This document shows, one piece after another, positions 1 to 9,468 of a stretch of 44,547 bases of DNA (position 1 is its first letter; each line of letters opens with the position of its first letter). Where the stretch lies: IMG/VR virus record IMGVR_UViG_3300013021_000001; one strand, 5' to 3'. Source of the DNA: a virus (taxonomy: Duplodnaviria > Heunggongvirae > Uroviricota > Caudoviricetes). The notes under the pieces were generated by a model. That model saw nothing but the letters and a program-made list of their open reading frames with translations, was not told the origin of the DNA and did no database searches. The translations under genes were made by a program, and so were the position numbers.

Positions 1-795
1 ACAGCTGAGCTTGAGACTATCCACAAGGAAATGAAAGATACCTGCCGGATGTGTCAGCTTGAAGATGAGAAGGCTTGTTGTGAAAGTGACTGCAAGTTAT
101 TCGAAAAGGCTGTTGAGTATCATGAGAATATCAACGCTGATTATGATATATGTTATCACTGTCCTGAAAAGGATAAAGGTTGTTTAGGTTTTGACTACTG
201 CAGATTTAGAAACCTAGATGAGAAGTTGTCTATAAAGGATGTCCATTTATCCGCAGACGCTTTACTCTGGGCTTCCGTTATTACAGAGGACGATTACTTC
301 GCTCTCTGCGATAAAGGACTTCGTTTTATTTCTGCTTTTGATTATGAAAGTGTCTTAGATGTTGTTGGCCCGGATGTTATGCGAAAGGTTCAACAAAACT
401 TCTTTATCCTGATGGAGAGGCACTTTGGTTCTTATCTACCAGGACTTGTTGAAGCTGTTGGTGAGAGTGAATCGAAAGTATCTAAGCGAGTCGTCCAGTT
501 TGAAGAAGATTTCAAGGAGTACATTGCTTCCAAGCGGGCCATCTCTCGCAAGGAAACTTCAGCATCTAAAAACTTCACTATCGCTATCAAAAAGACTTCA
601 GCTAAAAACAGCTTTATCGGAGTCCTGATAGACAACAGCAGTGAATCTCGCAAGCCTCTAAAGTTTATCATTAAGAGTGAGTACATCTCAGTTAAAGGTA
701 GTTTACCAGAAGGTGCGCTCAATCTTATAGAATCTAAAATATGTAATGAATTCAATGAAAATTTCAAGATGCCGAGTAGAGTAATGCGCTACTAA
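1..795 (+). CDS. Hypothetical protein, probably 5'-truncated by the window edge (Cys-rich N-terminal part)
   Basis: Frame is open from base 1 through the ATG at 31; no family recognised. Confidence 0.6.
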   Translation, partial: TAELETIHKEMKDTCRMCQLEDEKACCESDCKLFEKAVEYHENINADYDICYHCPEKDKGCLGFDYCRFRNLDEKLSIKDVHLSADALLWASVITEDDYFALCDKGLRFISAFDYESVLDVVGPDVMRKVQQNFFILMERHFGSYLPGLVEAVGESESKVSKRVVQFEEDFKEYIASKRAISRKETSASKNFTIAIKKTSAKNSFIGVLIDNSSESRKPLKFIIKSEYISVKGSLPEGALNLIESKICNEFNENFKMPSRVMRY

Positions 796-929
796 AAACG
801 CTTTAAACTTTACTCTGCCGCGATAAGAAGCGATGATTTTCTACAAAACTTTCCACTTGACTTTTCTCTAGAAAATTATCGCTTTTTCCTTTTTTCTCTC
901 TTTAACTTAAGTCATTAGACATAGATTAC

Positions 930-1452
930 CCTAAGTGGCGTGAAATACACTTAGAATAAAGAATCTGTGTTTGCTTAAATATTCTGCACAGACAGTATAA
1001 ATACTCAACAGGCTTAGGTATAGTGACTGTCCATATACCATAATTGCCTTGTTGTACCCTAATCCCAATGCGACTACCAGTCTTCCCCCGAGCTATGTTC
1101 GTTTTACCTGGATATGAGCTCAACAATCCAGTTACGCACGGGAATATTGGCCAGAATAACCTCACCTGCCGGCTCTACTTATTGCATCGGCTAGAGCTCA
1201 CCTTATACGTTTTAGGGTGTAACGGCATCCACCACCTCAAAAGAGGGCTCATCTAAAAGAGATTCACCAGCCCCTCGCTCCCGGTCACAGCATTGGTAGA
1301 CCATAGGGTTAAAGAACACTAATGAATATTAAAGACTGTTTATATTTAGTTGTATAGGTTAAACTAAACCAAGTTAGCTTAGCAAAGCCTACCGGCCCAT
1401 TAATCCGATAGGCGAAGCTAAACTTGAAAAAAGTTGCCAAAACTCATTTCCT
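930..1452 (-). ncRNA. Putative structured non-coding RNA, family not identified
   Basis: Lies downstream of two consensus minus-strand promoters; no credible ORF; GC-richer than flanks; hairpins at 1371-1425, 1243-1276, 1172-1197, 1108-1131. 3' end is approximate. Confidence 0.45.
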
Positions 1453-1458
1453 AATATT

Positions 1459-1487
1459 AGTATACCACAAGCCACTTCATTTTTCAA
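1459..1487 (-). promoter_or_regulatory. Sigma70/SigA-type promoter (leftward P1)
   Basis: Minus strand TTGAAA-17 nt-TATACT, followed by AATATTAGG. Confidence 0.8.
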
Positions 1488-1525
1488 GTGTTTTGTTTAT
1501 TATACTAAACTTTTAACCTAATATT

Positions 1526-1554
1526 ATTATAGCACAAAGCTAACCACTTTTCAA
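1526..1554 (-). promoter_or_regulatory. Sigma70/SigA-type promoter (leftward P2)
   Basis: Minus strand TTGAAA-17 nt-TATAAT, followed by the same AATATTAGG as P1. Confidence 0.8.
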
Positions 1555-1614
1555 GTTTTAAGTCGTGAAGGTTGTCAGAACAAGGATTACAAAAAATCAA
1601 AAGGAGTGATTTAG

Positions 1615-2106
1615 ATGAAACTTAGTACACTTAAAGAAAAAGGTATTGCAAATGAGCAGGAGATTTTGGAACTGGCTATGAACGATGTGGCTGAGGTTAC
1701 TATGGAGAATGTAGAAAAGGTGCCGCTGACAGCTAAGTCTAAAAGAAAGTTTAAGGATTATTCCGCCCGGGCCAAAGCAAAGAGCGTCCCTTATCAATTC
1801 CTGACCGATGAAAATGATAAGATTTACGGTGTAGAAATGGATGTCTCTTTAACTTTTCCATCAGGAAAGGCTGAGTATTCTTATTTAAAGCTGCAGGAAA
1901 GCGACTGGGACGAGACAGACTACTACGGCCACACCAAATGTACCTTCAAGGGAAGAACAATCACCACACTCGTGGCTGTAAGCCTAAACACAAATGTCTC
2001 CTTCGGCGACTATAACTTCCCGTCCAAGAAGTTGGAACATCAGGTGGCTAAGTTCATTCAGAAGGTAGCAAATAGACTTGACGAAAGAATTAAATCTCAA
2101 AAATAA
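1615..2106 (+). CDS. Hypothetical protein
   Basis: 163 aa ORF with AGGAGTG RBS. Confidence 0.75.
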   Translation: MKLSTLKEKGIANEQEILELAMNDVAEVTMENVEKVPLTAKSKRKFKDYSARAKAKSVPYQFLTDENDKIYGVEMDVSLTFPSGKAEYSYLKLQESDWDETDYYGHTKCTFKGRTITTLVAVSLNTNVSFGDYNFPSKKLEHQVAKFIQKVANRLDERIKSQK

Positions 2107-2118
2107 AGGAGTGGTAAT

Positions 2119-2502
2119 TTGCTGTTTTGGATTTTAGTTGCAGGATTTTTGTTCGTTTTGTATAAAAACTATAAGGAGGAAGAAAAAATGTCAAACAATA
2201 AAAATAAGAGCGCAGTTGTAAAAGAAGAAACAGACTTTCAGGACAGCCAGGAGTATATTGAGCTAATTAAAAAAGAAACTATAAAAACTGTCGAAGAAGG
2301 CAACCTGAAGAAAACAGAGGAGTTAGTCAAGTTGTGGTCGAAAAAGGAAAAACAGATGGAAGCAGCTAAGTCATTTAAAAAGAAATTAAAAGAAAAACAA
2401 ATTGATAATGACGAGGAAAAGAAAACTATAGGCTATAGATTAGGTAAATCTGTAGGTTCACTATTTTCAGGCTTCAAAGAAGGAGTTAATCAAAAAAGCT
2501 AA
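2119..2502 (+). CDS. Hypothetical membrane-anchored protein
   Basis: N-terminal hydrophobic helix (LFWILVAGFLFVLY), charged helical tail, RBS. Confidence 0.75.
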   Translation: MLFWILVAGFLFVLYKNYKEEEKMSNNKNKSAVVKEETDFQDSQEYIELIKKETIKTVEEGNLKKTEELVKLWSKKEKQMEAAKSFKKKLKEKQIDNDEEKKTIGYRLGKSVGSLFSGFKEGVNQKS

Positions 2503-2515
2503 AGGGAGTGATTTA

Positions 2516-2860
2516 ATGCCAGAATATGAATATATTCCAGAAGGACACAGTAAATTATTAGATAAATGGATGAGTGATGAAAGCCGGATTGTCACCCTGA
2601 TTGATAATACTAAAGAATATGGTAACTATACAGACAACTCAGCTTTATATATTACAGCTAACCTTAACAAAAACAATAAAATAACAGCTTTCAGAGCTTA
2701 TTATATCTTCCCGGTACCAACCCCGGGCCAGCAAACAAAGAAAGAATATCAACTGTCCGTAGACATAGACAAAAGATTAAACGAACCAATGAACTATGAA
2801 AATTTCAAGCTGATTGTAGGTGGTCTCTGTAAAATATTTGAACGCAGATTTAATCTTTAG
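2516..2860 (+). CDS. Hypothetical protein
   Basis: 114 aa ORF with GGGAGTG RBS. Confidence 0.75.
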   Translation: MPEYEYIPEGHSKLLDKWMSDESRIVTLIDNTKEYGNYTDNSALYITANLNKNNKITAFRAYYIFPVPTPGQQTKKEYQLSVDIDKRLNEPMNYENFKLIVGGLCKIFERRFNL

Positions 2861-3011
2861 ACAAAAACACCCCCTGCGGGTGTGATTAGATGCGCATTCT
2901 GCTAAAGAAATTCCTTTTTAAACTTCACACACACCATGCAGGTGGGCTACATTTTAGTGGGAGGGGCCTTAAATACTAATTTTTCACTTAAATTTGCCCC
3001 TCTTTTTATAC

Positions 3012-3455
3012 TTTACACCGTAAAAAACACCATTTTTTATGATTTACACCGTAAAAAACACCATTTTTTATGTTTCAACCCATAAAAATCACCATAAATT
3101 CTAAAATGTAGAATGAAAACAAGCGTATCCGGGCGTACAGAGCGAAGTGACGGAGTATCCTACTCCTAATCGAGCGATGTGGGCTTATTCAAGGGCTTCG
3201 GGCGGTATATGAGCCTTTTTTCATCTCCTTAACTCTAATGCTGAGCTGGAGCCTTTAAATATTCCTATATTTCTCCCTTTTTATTCTCTTTAAAGCTCAT
3301 TTCTATGCTTTTACCCGCATATTACACCATTTTTTATGGTTTACACCGTAAAAAACATCATTTTTTATACTTTACACCGTGGAAATCACCATTTTTAGTG
3401 TTTCAAGGCGTAGAAATCAGCATAATCTGTGTTTCAAGCCGTGAAAAACATCATA
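3012..3455. repeat. Two clusters of ~31-bp repeats (TTTACACCGTAAAAAACACCATTTTTTAT) with phased A/T tracts
   Basis: Copies at 3012, 3043, ~3073 and 3340, 3371, ~3401, ~3432 (later ones degenerate). Confidence 0.85.
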
Positions 3456-3625
3456 AACTAGTCTCAAATGATATCCATCCGCATCTCTCTTCTATTTTTC
3501 TGGCCTATTTTATGCCGTGGGGCTTTGAAGTGATGTAATTGCCGTTTAAAAGGGCTAAATCGTCCATTCTAGACGCTTAGGCGTTAGAGGAAGGGGGTAG
3601 GTAGGCTTTAGCGGGGACTATCTAA

Positions 3626-3788
3626 ATCCGCACAATTAACGTCTCAAATTTAATCTATTTTAGATTGTTTTAAGCTATTTTAGATTGTTTTAAGCTATTT
3701 TAGATTGTTTTAAGCTAATCCGCATATTTAACACTCTAAATTAAAAGTTTATCAGCACATTTAAAAGAAGTTTATCCGCACATTTAAC
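3626..3788. repeat. Dispersed ATCCGCACATTTAAC-like motif x4
   Basis: Copies at 3626, 3718, 3751, 3774. Confidence 0.7.
3656..3717. repeat. 20-bp tandem repeat (TAGATTGTTTTAAGCTATTT) x~3
   Basis: Read directly at 3661, 3681, 3701. Confidence 0.9.
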
Positions 3789-3889
3789 TCTAGATTTGAG
3801 GGTTTATACTTTTTCTCATTTCAGTTTTTAACTTTTCAATTTCAAATTAGGTTTCACTTTCTTTGTTGTAACAGGGATTATAAGGATAG

Positions 3890-3989
3890 GTTGTAAGGAT
3901 AATCGACATACGAAGTTGTAAGGATAATCGACATACGAAGTTGTAAGGATAATCGACATACGAAGTTGTAAGAATAATCGACATATGAA
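3890..3989. repeat. 25-bp tandem repeat x4 (GTTGTAAGGATAATCGACATACGAA), iteron-like
   Basis: Three exact copies plus one with 2 mismatches, head-to-tail with no spacers. Confidence 0.9.
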
Positions 3990-4014
3990 ATAAATATACG
4001 AAAGGGGTTTTAAT

Positions 4015-4332
4015 ATGTTAATGGAATTAAAAAACGTTGAAGAAGTAGGAAATATTAAGAGTAAAAGTCTTGTAAATAATAAGTATGGCTTAATAGAGGA
4101 TTCTCGCATATATCTTTTAACTTTAAATGATGATGGTTCTTATACTTGGGAGGATTTAAATTTTATTTTAGGAGAAACTGATACTAACAATAATTTAAAG
4201 CATAACAGTATTGAGACTGCATTAGAGTTTGTTATTAAGCGTAAGGAGACTAGGGAATGTATATTATATAGTAGTAATGATATTGATAGTTTGTTATATA
4301 AGTTATTAAGTTTAAAAAAGAGAGGGCTTTAG
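4015..4332 (+). CDS. Hypothetical protein (paralog family A)
   Basis: ORF with RBS; resembles 4656 and 5023 ORFs. Confidence 0.75.
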   Translation: MLMELKNVEEVGNIKSKSLVNNKYGLIEDSRIYLLTLNDDGSYTWEDLNFILGETDTNNNLKHNSIETALEFVIKRKETRECILYSSNDIDSLLYKLLSLKKRGL

Positions 4333-4655
4333 ATTTGAATATCTTTTATTTAAGTTTGATTTTGTTTATAATATTAATCTTTATAGAGTTCTTGTTTATA
4401 TATTTTAATTAATGAGAGGTAGGTGGTAAGGAGTAATTATAGAGATTGTTTGTTTTTATTATTTATCATTCAGGATAAGATGTTTTGGACTGGCCCGGCC
4501 GGCTCAGCTTAAATTGGTAAATTATTACATCAACAATAATTATGACTAATTAAGCACTGCTATTATAAGTGCTGGTGTTTTTTTTGTGATTTAGCTTGCT
4601 TTTTATTTGTTTATATGTTAAGTTTAGTTTATACAACTAACGAAAGGGGTATTAT

Positions 4656-4991
4656 ATGAAGAAAATCATAAGTGACAAAGTTGAGAGTATACCTTTAGAT
4701 TCTTTAAGTGGTTCTCATTTTGATAGTTATAATTTTGGGGTTATAGAAGATGGTAAAGCTTTTATATTATGCTATGATAGTCATCATAAGAAGTATTACT
4801 GGAAAAGATTTGAGAGGTTGAACACTCACAATAGCTATCAGTTGTGTTCTTATAAGAATTATAATGACGTTATAGGTGCTTTGGGGTTGTGGGTAGATGT
4901 AGATGACAGTATTAAAAATAATGTTAGTATTTATATGGATAGGTCTTTAACCTCTTTAATTGTTGGTATGTCTAATTATTTTAGTGTTTAA
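4656..4991 (+). CDS. Hypothetical protein (paralog family A)
   Basis: ORF with the same ACGAAAGGGGTT RBS leader as the 4015 ORF. Confidence 0.75.
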   Translation: MKKIISDKVESIPLDSLSGSHFDSYNFGVIEDGKAFILCYDSHHKKYYWKRFERLNTHNSYQLCSYKNYNDVIGALGLWVDVDDSIKNNVSIYMDRSLTSLIVGMSNYFSV

Positions 4992-5022
4992 TTTTTATCT
5001 ATCAGGAAAAAGGAGGGATTTT

Positions 5023-5343
5023 ATGTTTCAGAAAGTAGTAGAAGATGTAAATACTGTTACTTTATATGATTTAAGCGGCTTAGAAATAGAAAATAGTCAT
5101 TATGCAGCAATAATAAATGATGATGTTTATTTTTTAGTTTTTTCAGAAAGAGATGGTTCTTTTCTTTGGAGAGAAGGAAAATATTTATTTGGCAAAGGCT
5201 CAGGCTCAGACATAGGCTGTTTTGAGAATAAAAAAAGTGCTGTTGAATATATACAAGGTAAAAACAATAGTATATATAAAAGTGGCTCTGTTATGGAACT
5301 GTTAGAAGGTTTATTTGATGTTTTAGCACAGGGGGGAGTTTAA
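5023..5343 (+). CDS. Hypothetical protein (paralog family A)
   Basis: Start moved to ATG 5023 after AGGAGGG RBS. Confidence 0.75.
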   Translation: MFQKVVEDVNTVTLYDLSGLEIENSHYAAIINDDVYFLVFSERDGSFLWREGKYLFGKGSGSDIGCFENKKSAVEYIQGKNNSIYKSGSVMELLEGLFDVLAQGGV

Positions 5344-5345
5344 AG

Positions 5346-5582
5346 ATGTTAACAAATTGTGATTTATGTAAGGCAGAAAAAGAGCAGGAAGAGCTTGTTA
5401 ATATTGACCCTGCTATTACAGAGGATGTGGGTGACTTAAAAAAAGAGTATCAAAACTTTGATGGTATGGTTTGCCCTGATTGTTATGCAGATGAGATGAT
5501 AACTCTTAAGTTTAGAAAAGAGGATATGCTAAGAGCTAAGGCTCAGACAGTTGCTGAGTATAAGAAGGCTATTACAAAATAG
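5346..5582 (+). CDS. Small Zn-finger-like hypothetical protein
   Basis: CDLC...CPDC. Confidence 0.7.
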   Translation: MLTNCDLCKAEKEQEELVNIDPAITEDVGDLKKEYQNFDGMVCPDCYADEMITLKFRKEDMLRAKAQTVAEYKKAITK

Positions 5583-5591
5583 GGGGTTATT

Positions 5592-5966
5592 ATGAGCTAT
5601 ATTAAATTAAAAGAAGAAATTTTTGAAATTGATGGAATGTATAAAGTAAAAGGGTATTCATTTGGAGATTACTGGAACGGATTTGATTGTCCATTTTTTA
5701 CTGAAGATGTAGCAACAGATATTGTGGAAGAAACTTTAGACGCTGATTTAACTCAGGATTATTTTTTATCTTATGAATATGATGAAGAAAAAGATATGTT
5801 TATTTTAGGAACAAGAAATGCCGATTTAGAATTCGAGGCTATATATATAGAAACAGAAGCTGGTAAAAGAATTGCGCTTTATCCTATAGGAAGTTGGATA
5901 TGGTGCTGGAGTAAGTCTGAAAAACAACCAGATAATCCCAATGTAATTAAAGCTAGGAGGCTGTAA
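5592..5966 (+). CDS. Hypothetical phage protein
   Basis: ORF with RBS; WNGFDCPFF motif. Confidence 0.75.
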   Translation: MSYIKLKEEIFEIDGMYKVKGYSFGDYWNGFDCPFFTEDVATDIVEETLDADLTQDYFLSYEYDEEKDMFILGTRNADLEFEAIYIETEAGKRIALYPIGSWIWCWSKSEKQPDNPNVIKARRL

Positions 5967-5968
5967 AG

Positions 5969-6334
5969 ATGATAAAGAAAGGTCACAAAGTAAAGATTGA
6001 TGTTCTGGCACATAAGATAGCTAAGTTGTTATCTGATTATTACTACGACAGTGATACAGCTATATATTTTAACGGCAAAAGATTGCAGTGCTTTACTACT
6101 AATGATAGAGGGGGCTGGATAGAAGAAGAAGGTTTTAAAGGCTCTGACTATTGTGACTATGCTAATGATGAATCCATCACGATGACTTTTGAGGGGTGTG
6201 GCTCAATATATGATGTAATTAACGGTTACAGCCGAAATTCTAACTTTGCTGAGGCGTTTAATCAGCTTTTAGATAGATACGGTTATTACTATGAGTTGGG
6301 CAACGCCTGGAATCTTTCACTTTATAAACTCTAG
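5969..6334 (+). CDS. Hypothetical phage protein
   Basis: 121 aa ORF in operon. Confidence 0.75.
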   Translation: MIKKGHKVKIDVLAHKIAKLLSDYYYDSDTAIYFNGKRLQCFTTNDRGGWIEEEGFKGSDYCDYANDESITMTFEGCGSIYDVINGYSRNSNFAEAFNQLLDRYGYYYELGNAWNLSLYKL

Positions 6335-6345
6335 GAGGGGCAAAA

Positions 6346-6846
6346 ATGGAATATTTTGAAACAGAAGAACACAAGCAAAGTTTATTAGATGATTTTTATA
6401 GTATTTACGAAGACGAAGTTTATAATTTTACAGAAGATGTTTTTGAAAGAGGTGTGTTAAATGCTCATTTTGAAAACGAACATGGAGAGCTGAGGTTTTT
6501 AACTATAGCCTGTGACAAGTTTGGTAGATTTTTTAATATATCAACATTAGAAGAGGCGCAAGCTACACCAGATGTTGATTATGATAATTTAAGATACAGC
6601 AATTTAATTATTATATCACCGTTCAAAGATTACAAAAATATACAGGAGTTTATAAAAGAACAGTCAGAAGAATTTCTTTTCAATAAAGAAGAGGGGGACT
6701 TAACAGATGTTAAAGGTTTAAGAAAATATAGTTTTGGTGTTGGATATGCAAGAAAAATTCCTAGAAGATATTTTAAAGAAACAGTTTTGTGTGAAGAACA
6801 TGAAAAAGGAGCAGAAAAAGTATATTATTTAAAAATAAATGAATAG
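6346..6846 (+). CDS. Hypothetical acidic protein
   Basis: 166 aa ORF with RBS. Confidence 0.75.
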   Translation: MEYFETEEHKQSLLDDFYSIYEDEVYNFTEDVFERGVLNAHFENEHGELRFLTIACDKFGRFFNISTLEEAQATPDVDYDNLRYSNLIIISPFKDYKNIQEFIKEQSEEFLFNKEEGDLTDVKGLRKYSFGVGYARKIPRRYFKETVLCEEHEKGAEKVYYLKINE

Positions 6847-6857
6847 GGGGTTATTTA

Positions 6858-7295
6858 ATGAAAGCAAGAACTGGTGACCTTCTTAAAGCTGAAGAACTTG
6901 TTATTATGCACGGCTGTAACTGTCAAGGAGTTATGGGTGCTGGTGTGGCCAAGCAAATTAAGACTAAATGGCCTGTTGTATTTGAGGAATATAGTAAGTA
7001 CTGTCCTGATAATAACTTGATAGGTAAAATACAAGCTGTTGATGTCGGCAGTAAGCTTATAATCAATGCTTTCACTCAAGTTTATTATGGTAAAAAGCAC
7101 AAAAGATTTAATTATAGCAAATTCAAAGAAATTGTTCGTAAAGTCAAAGATTTATGTTTAAAGTATGGTTTTAAGAAGGTCGCTATACCCTGTATAGGTG
7201 CTGGTTTAGGTAAAGGTAGTTGGTCTAAAATTAAAAAAATATTACAGAGTTTTGAGGTTGAAGATAAGTTTGAGTTTATAGTATATTCACTATAG
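6858..7295 (+). CDS. Macro domain (Appr-1''-p processing / ADP-ribose hydrolase family) protein
   Basis: GDLL...HGCNCQGVMGAGVAKQIK...INAFTQ...AIPCIGAGLGKGSW motifs. Confidence 0.9.
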   Translation: MKARTGDLLKAEELVIMHGCNCQGVMGAGVAKQIKTKWPVVFEEYSKYCPDNNLIGKIQAVDVGSKLIINAFTQVYYGKKHKRFNYSKFKEIVRKVKDLCLKYGFKKVAIPCIGAGLGKGSWSKIKKILQSFEVEDKFEFIVYSL

Positions 7296-7351
7296 CTTAT
7301 ATCAATCAGGAAGAATAAGTTTTTAAAATTCTAAAACAGGAGTGATTTAAA

Positions 7352-8131
7352 ATGGGAGAATTAATTGATTTAAAAAAAGTAAGACAAGATAAGTTTGGCA
7401 TGGTTGAGTGTGATTTTTACGAAGACAAATACTCTGATAAAATCTATATGACAGCAGAACAGTTGGGAAGAGCTTTAGAGTATTCAAAGCCAAGAAGGGC
7501 AATAAATAATTTAATTAGTAGAAACACAAGGCTTAGAGATAAGAAATTTTCAACTGACATCAAATTGATGTCGGTTGAGGGAAGCCGTGAAGTAAAAAGA
7601 AATACCAAGGTTTTTACCGAAGACGGAATACTTGAAGTAACATTCTTATCAGGTCAGCCTAAAGCACAGGAATTTAGAGATTTTGCCAGAGAAGTAATCA
7701 AAGAATTAAGAAGGACAGGTAAGGTAGTGGTTACAAAAGAAGACTTTAGCAGTGTAGATATTTTACAGACCATGGTTGACGCACTTAGAGAACAAAATGA
7801 AAAAATGGATATTATTAAATCACGACAGGATACACATGAAAAAGAATTAAAGCAGGTATCCAGTGCTATTATGGTAGATGATACATCAACTACAAGACAG
7901 CAATTTAACCAGGCTGTTAGAGAGTATGCAGCTAAAGCTAAAATTCCTTATAAGTATGCATATAATAAAGTTTATAAAACAATTAATAATAATCGTTGTA
8001 TGAATCTTCAAGTCCGGGCCAGAAATAGAAGTATGAAAGTTATTGACTATCTACAAGAAAACAATTTATTAGAATATGCACTTAGAATAACAATAAACTT
8101 ACTTGATGAGGTTAAAAATACAGCTGTATAA
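7352..8131 (+). CDS. Phage antirepressor-like protein with Bro-N domain
   Basis: MTAEQLGRALEYS...VFTEDGILEVTFLSGQPKAQEFRDF pattern plus coiled coil. Confidence 0.8.
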   Translation: MGELIDLKKVRQDKFGMVECDFYEDKYSDKIYMTAEQLGRALEYSKPRRAINNLISRNTRLRDKKFSTDIKLMSVEGSREVKRNTKVFTEDGILEVTFLSGQPKAQEFRDFAREVIKELRRTGKVVVTKEDFSSVDILQTMVDALREQNEKMDIIKSRQDTHEKELKQVSSAIMVDDTSTTRQQFNQAVREYAAKAKIPYKYAYNKVYKTINNNRCMNLQVRARNRSMKVIDYLQENNLLEYALRITINLLDEVKNTAV

Positions 8132-8144
8132 GGAGGATAAATAA

Positions 8145-8570
8145 ATGCCAGTTATTATAAGAAAAGGTTTTATAAAAGTCATACCAGAAGAAAGGGTGTA
8201 TAATATGAAATTTACTGAAGGAGAACCTGTTATGTTTCAAAAAAGAATGAAGGCAACTGTTGTTGCTGTAATTAAGGAGTTTAACAAGCCTTATGGAATT
8301 GTCTACACTACCCCAAATAATAAGGACAGAACACTTTTCACAACTGCTGAGCACCTGTCTAAAAGAAAAAATGCAGATGAACTTTCCGTGGGAGACAGGT
8401 TTAAAACAAAGAATAAAGACATATATGAAGTTATATTCATAACAAGGGAAGAATGTAAGAATGAAACTGTATATATTGCCAGAATTATTAAAAAGCACGG
8501 AATAACTGCACCAACTTTAGACTATATTAGAAAAGTATACCCAAATGATGTCTGCCAAATAATATATTAA
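8145..8570 (+). CDS. Hypothetical protein
   Basis: ORF with AGGAGG RBS. Confidence 0.7.
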   Translation: MPVIIRKGFIKVIPEERVYNMKFTEGEPVMFQKRMKATVVAVIKEFNKPYGIVYTTPNNKDRTLFTTAEHLSKRKNADELSVGDRFKTKNKDIYEVIFITREECKNETVYIARIIKKHGITAPTLDYIRKVYPNDVCQIIY

Positions 8571-8581
8571 GGAGTGATTTT

Positions 8582-8791
8582 ATGATTTGTAGTCTCTGTG
8601 GCAAAAGGATAATAACTGATAACTTTGATAAGAAAGAAATGACAATTTGTGATGAGTGCAGAGAGTCTAAGAAAATAAAAAAGTTAAAAATTGAAATAAA
8701 AAACACCAAAAAAGATATAAAAAACAAAGGGTCAGAATGGAAAGACGGATATCTTGCGGGATTAAACAAAGCGTTAAAAATATTTAGATAG
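8582..8791 (+). CDS. Small Zn-finger-like protein
   Basis: CSLC...CDEC. Confidence 0.7.
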   Translation: MICSLCGKRIITDNFDKKEMTICDECRESKKIKKLKIEIKNTKKDIKNKGSEWKDGYLAGLNKALKIFR

Positions 8792-8801
8792 GAGTGGTTT
8801 T

Positions 8802-8993
8802 ATGAGTTACTATTCAAACGAGCGTTTTTATAGAATTAAAGAATACAAAAGATTATCTGGTCACTCAAGACATAAAACTAAAGATATCAATGCTGAAAAC
8901 ATTATAGAAATAGTAAAAGATAACGATAAAGAACTCGGAAAAGTTGTTAGATTACCAGAAGGTTATTGCCACAACCCAATAGAAGAATATTAG
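8802..8993 (+). CDS. Hypothetical protein
   Basis: ORF with RBS. Confidence 0.6.
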   Translation: MSYYSNERFYRIKEYKRLSGHSRHKTKDINAENIIEIVKDNDKELGKVVRLPEGYCHNPIEEY

Positions 8994-9034
8994 ACTTGAA
9001 AAAAGTGTTATTTGAAAAGAGAGGGGTTATAATA

Positions 9035-9286
9035 ATGAGTCAAGCTAGAAGAGTTTCAACAAGTCCTGATAATAGAATTAAATGTGAGAGATGTGAAAGA
9101 AAAGTAATATCTGTAGGTTATGATAGTGGGTTATGTCCTAGCTGTGAATTAGAGATTAGAAATGAGAAGATTAAAGAGTTAGCAAGTAGTTTTGAAGTTT
9201 CAGTTGATGAGTTGGAGGATAGAGCAAAGGAATTTGATTTAAAGGTTATTGAGATTGATACCTTTGAGAGTTTAATCAATGATTAA
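9035..9286 (+). CDS. Small Zn-finger-like protein
   Basis: CERC...CPSC; start moved to ATG after GAGGGG. Confidence 0.7.
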   Translation: MSQARRVSTSPDNRIKCERCERKVISVGYDSGLCPSCELEIRNEKIKELASSFEVSVDELEDRAKEFDLKVIEIDTFESLIND

Positions 9287-9467
9287 GATGAGTAGGCATA
9301 AGGATAAATCCTATAAGTGTAGGATAGTAGATGGAGATGAGCATTTAGGTGAGGAGGGGTATGTAGTATCAATATATGAAGGTATAACTTTTACAGCATG
9401 TATAGTTTCAATAGATAGTTCGGAGGAGCCTCTATTTCTACCATTTGATTATATAGAGGGGGTGTAG
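9279..9467 (+). CDS. Hypothetical protein
   Basis: ORF overlapping upstream stop. Confidence 0.6.
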   Translation: MIKMSRHKDKSYKCRIVDGDEHLGEEGYVVSIYEGITFTACIVSIDSSEEPLFLPFDYIEGV

Positions 9468-9468
9468 A

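Noticed and set aside
930-1310. Group I intron (P3-, P4- and P7-like pairings can be drawn on the minus strand)
   Set aside because: The J6/7 and J8/7 lengths do not fit and no interrupted host gene is evident; kept only as an unidentified ncRNA
3890-3989. CRISPR array (25-bp repeats; also the 31-bp and 20-bp repeats)
   Set aside because: Units are head-to-tail with no unique spacers, and no cas genes are visible
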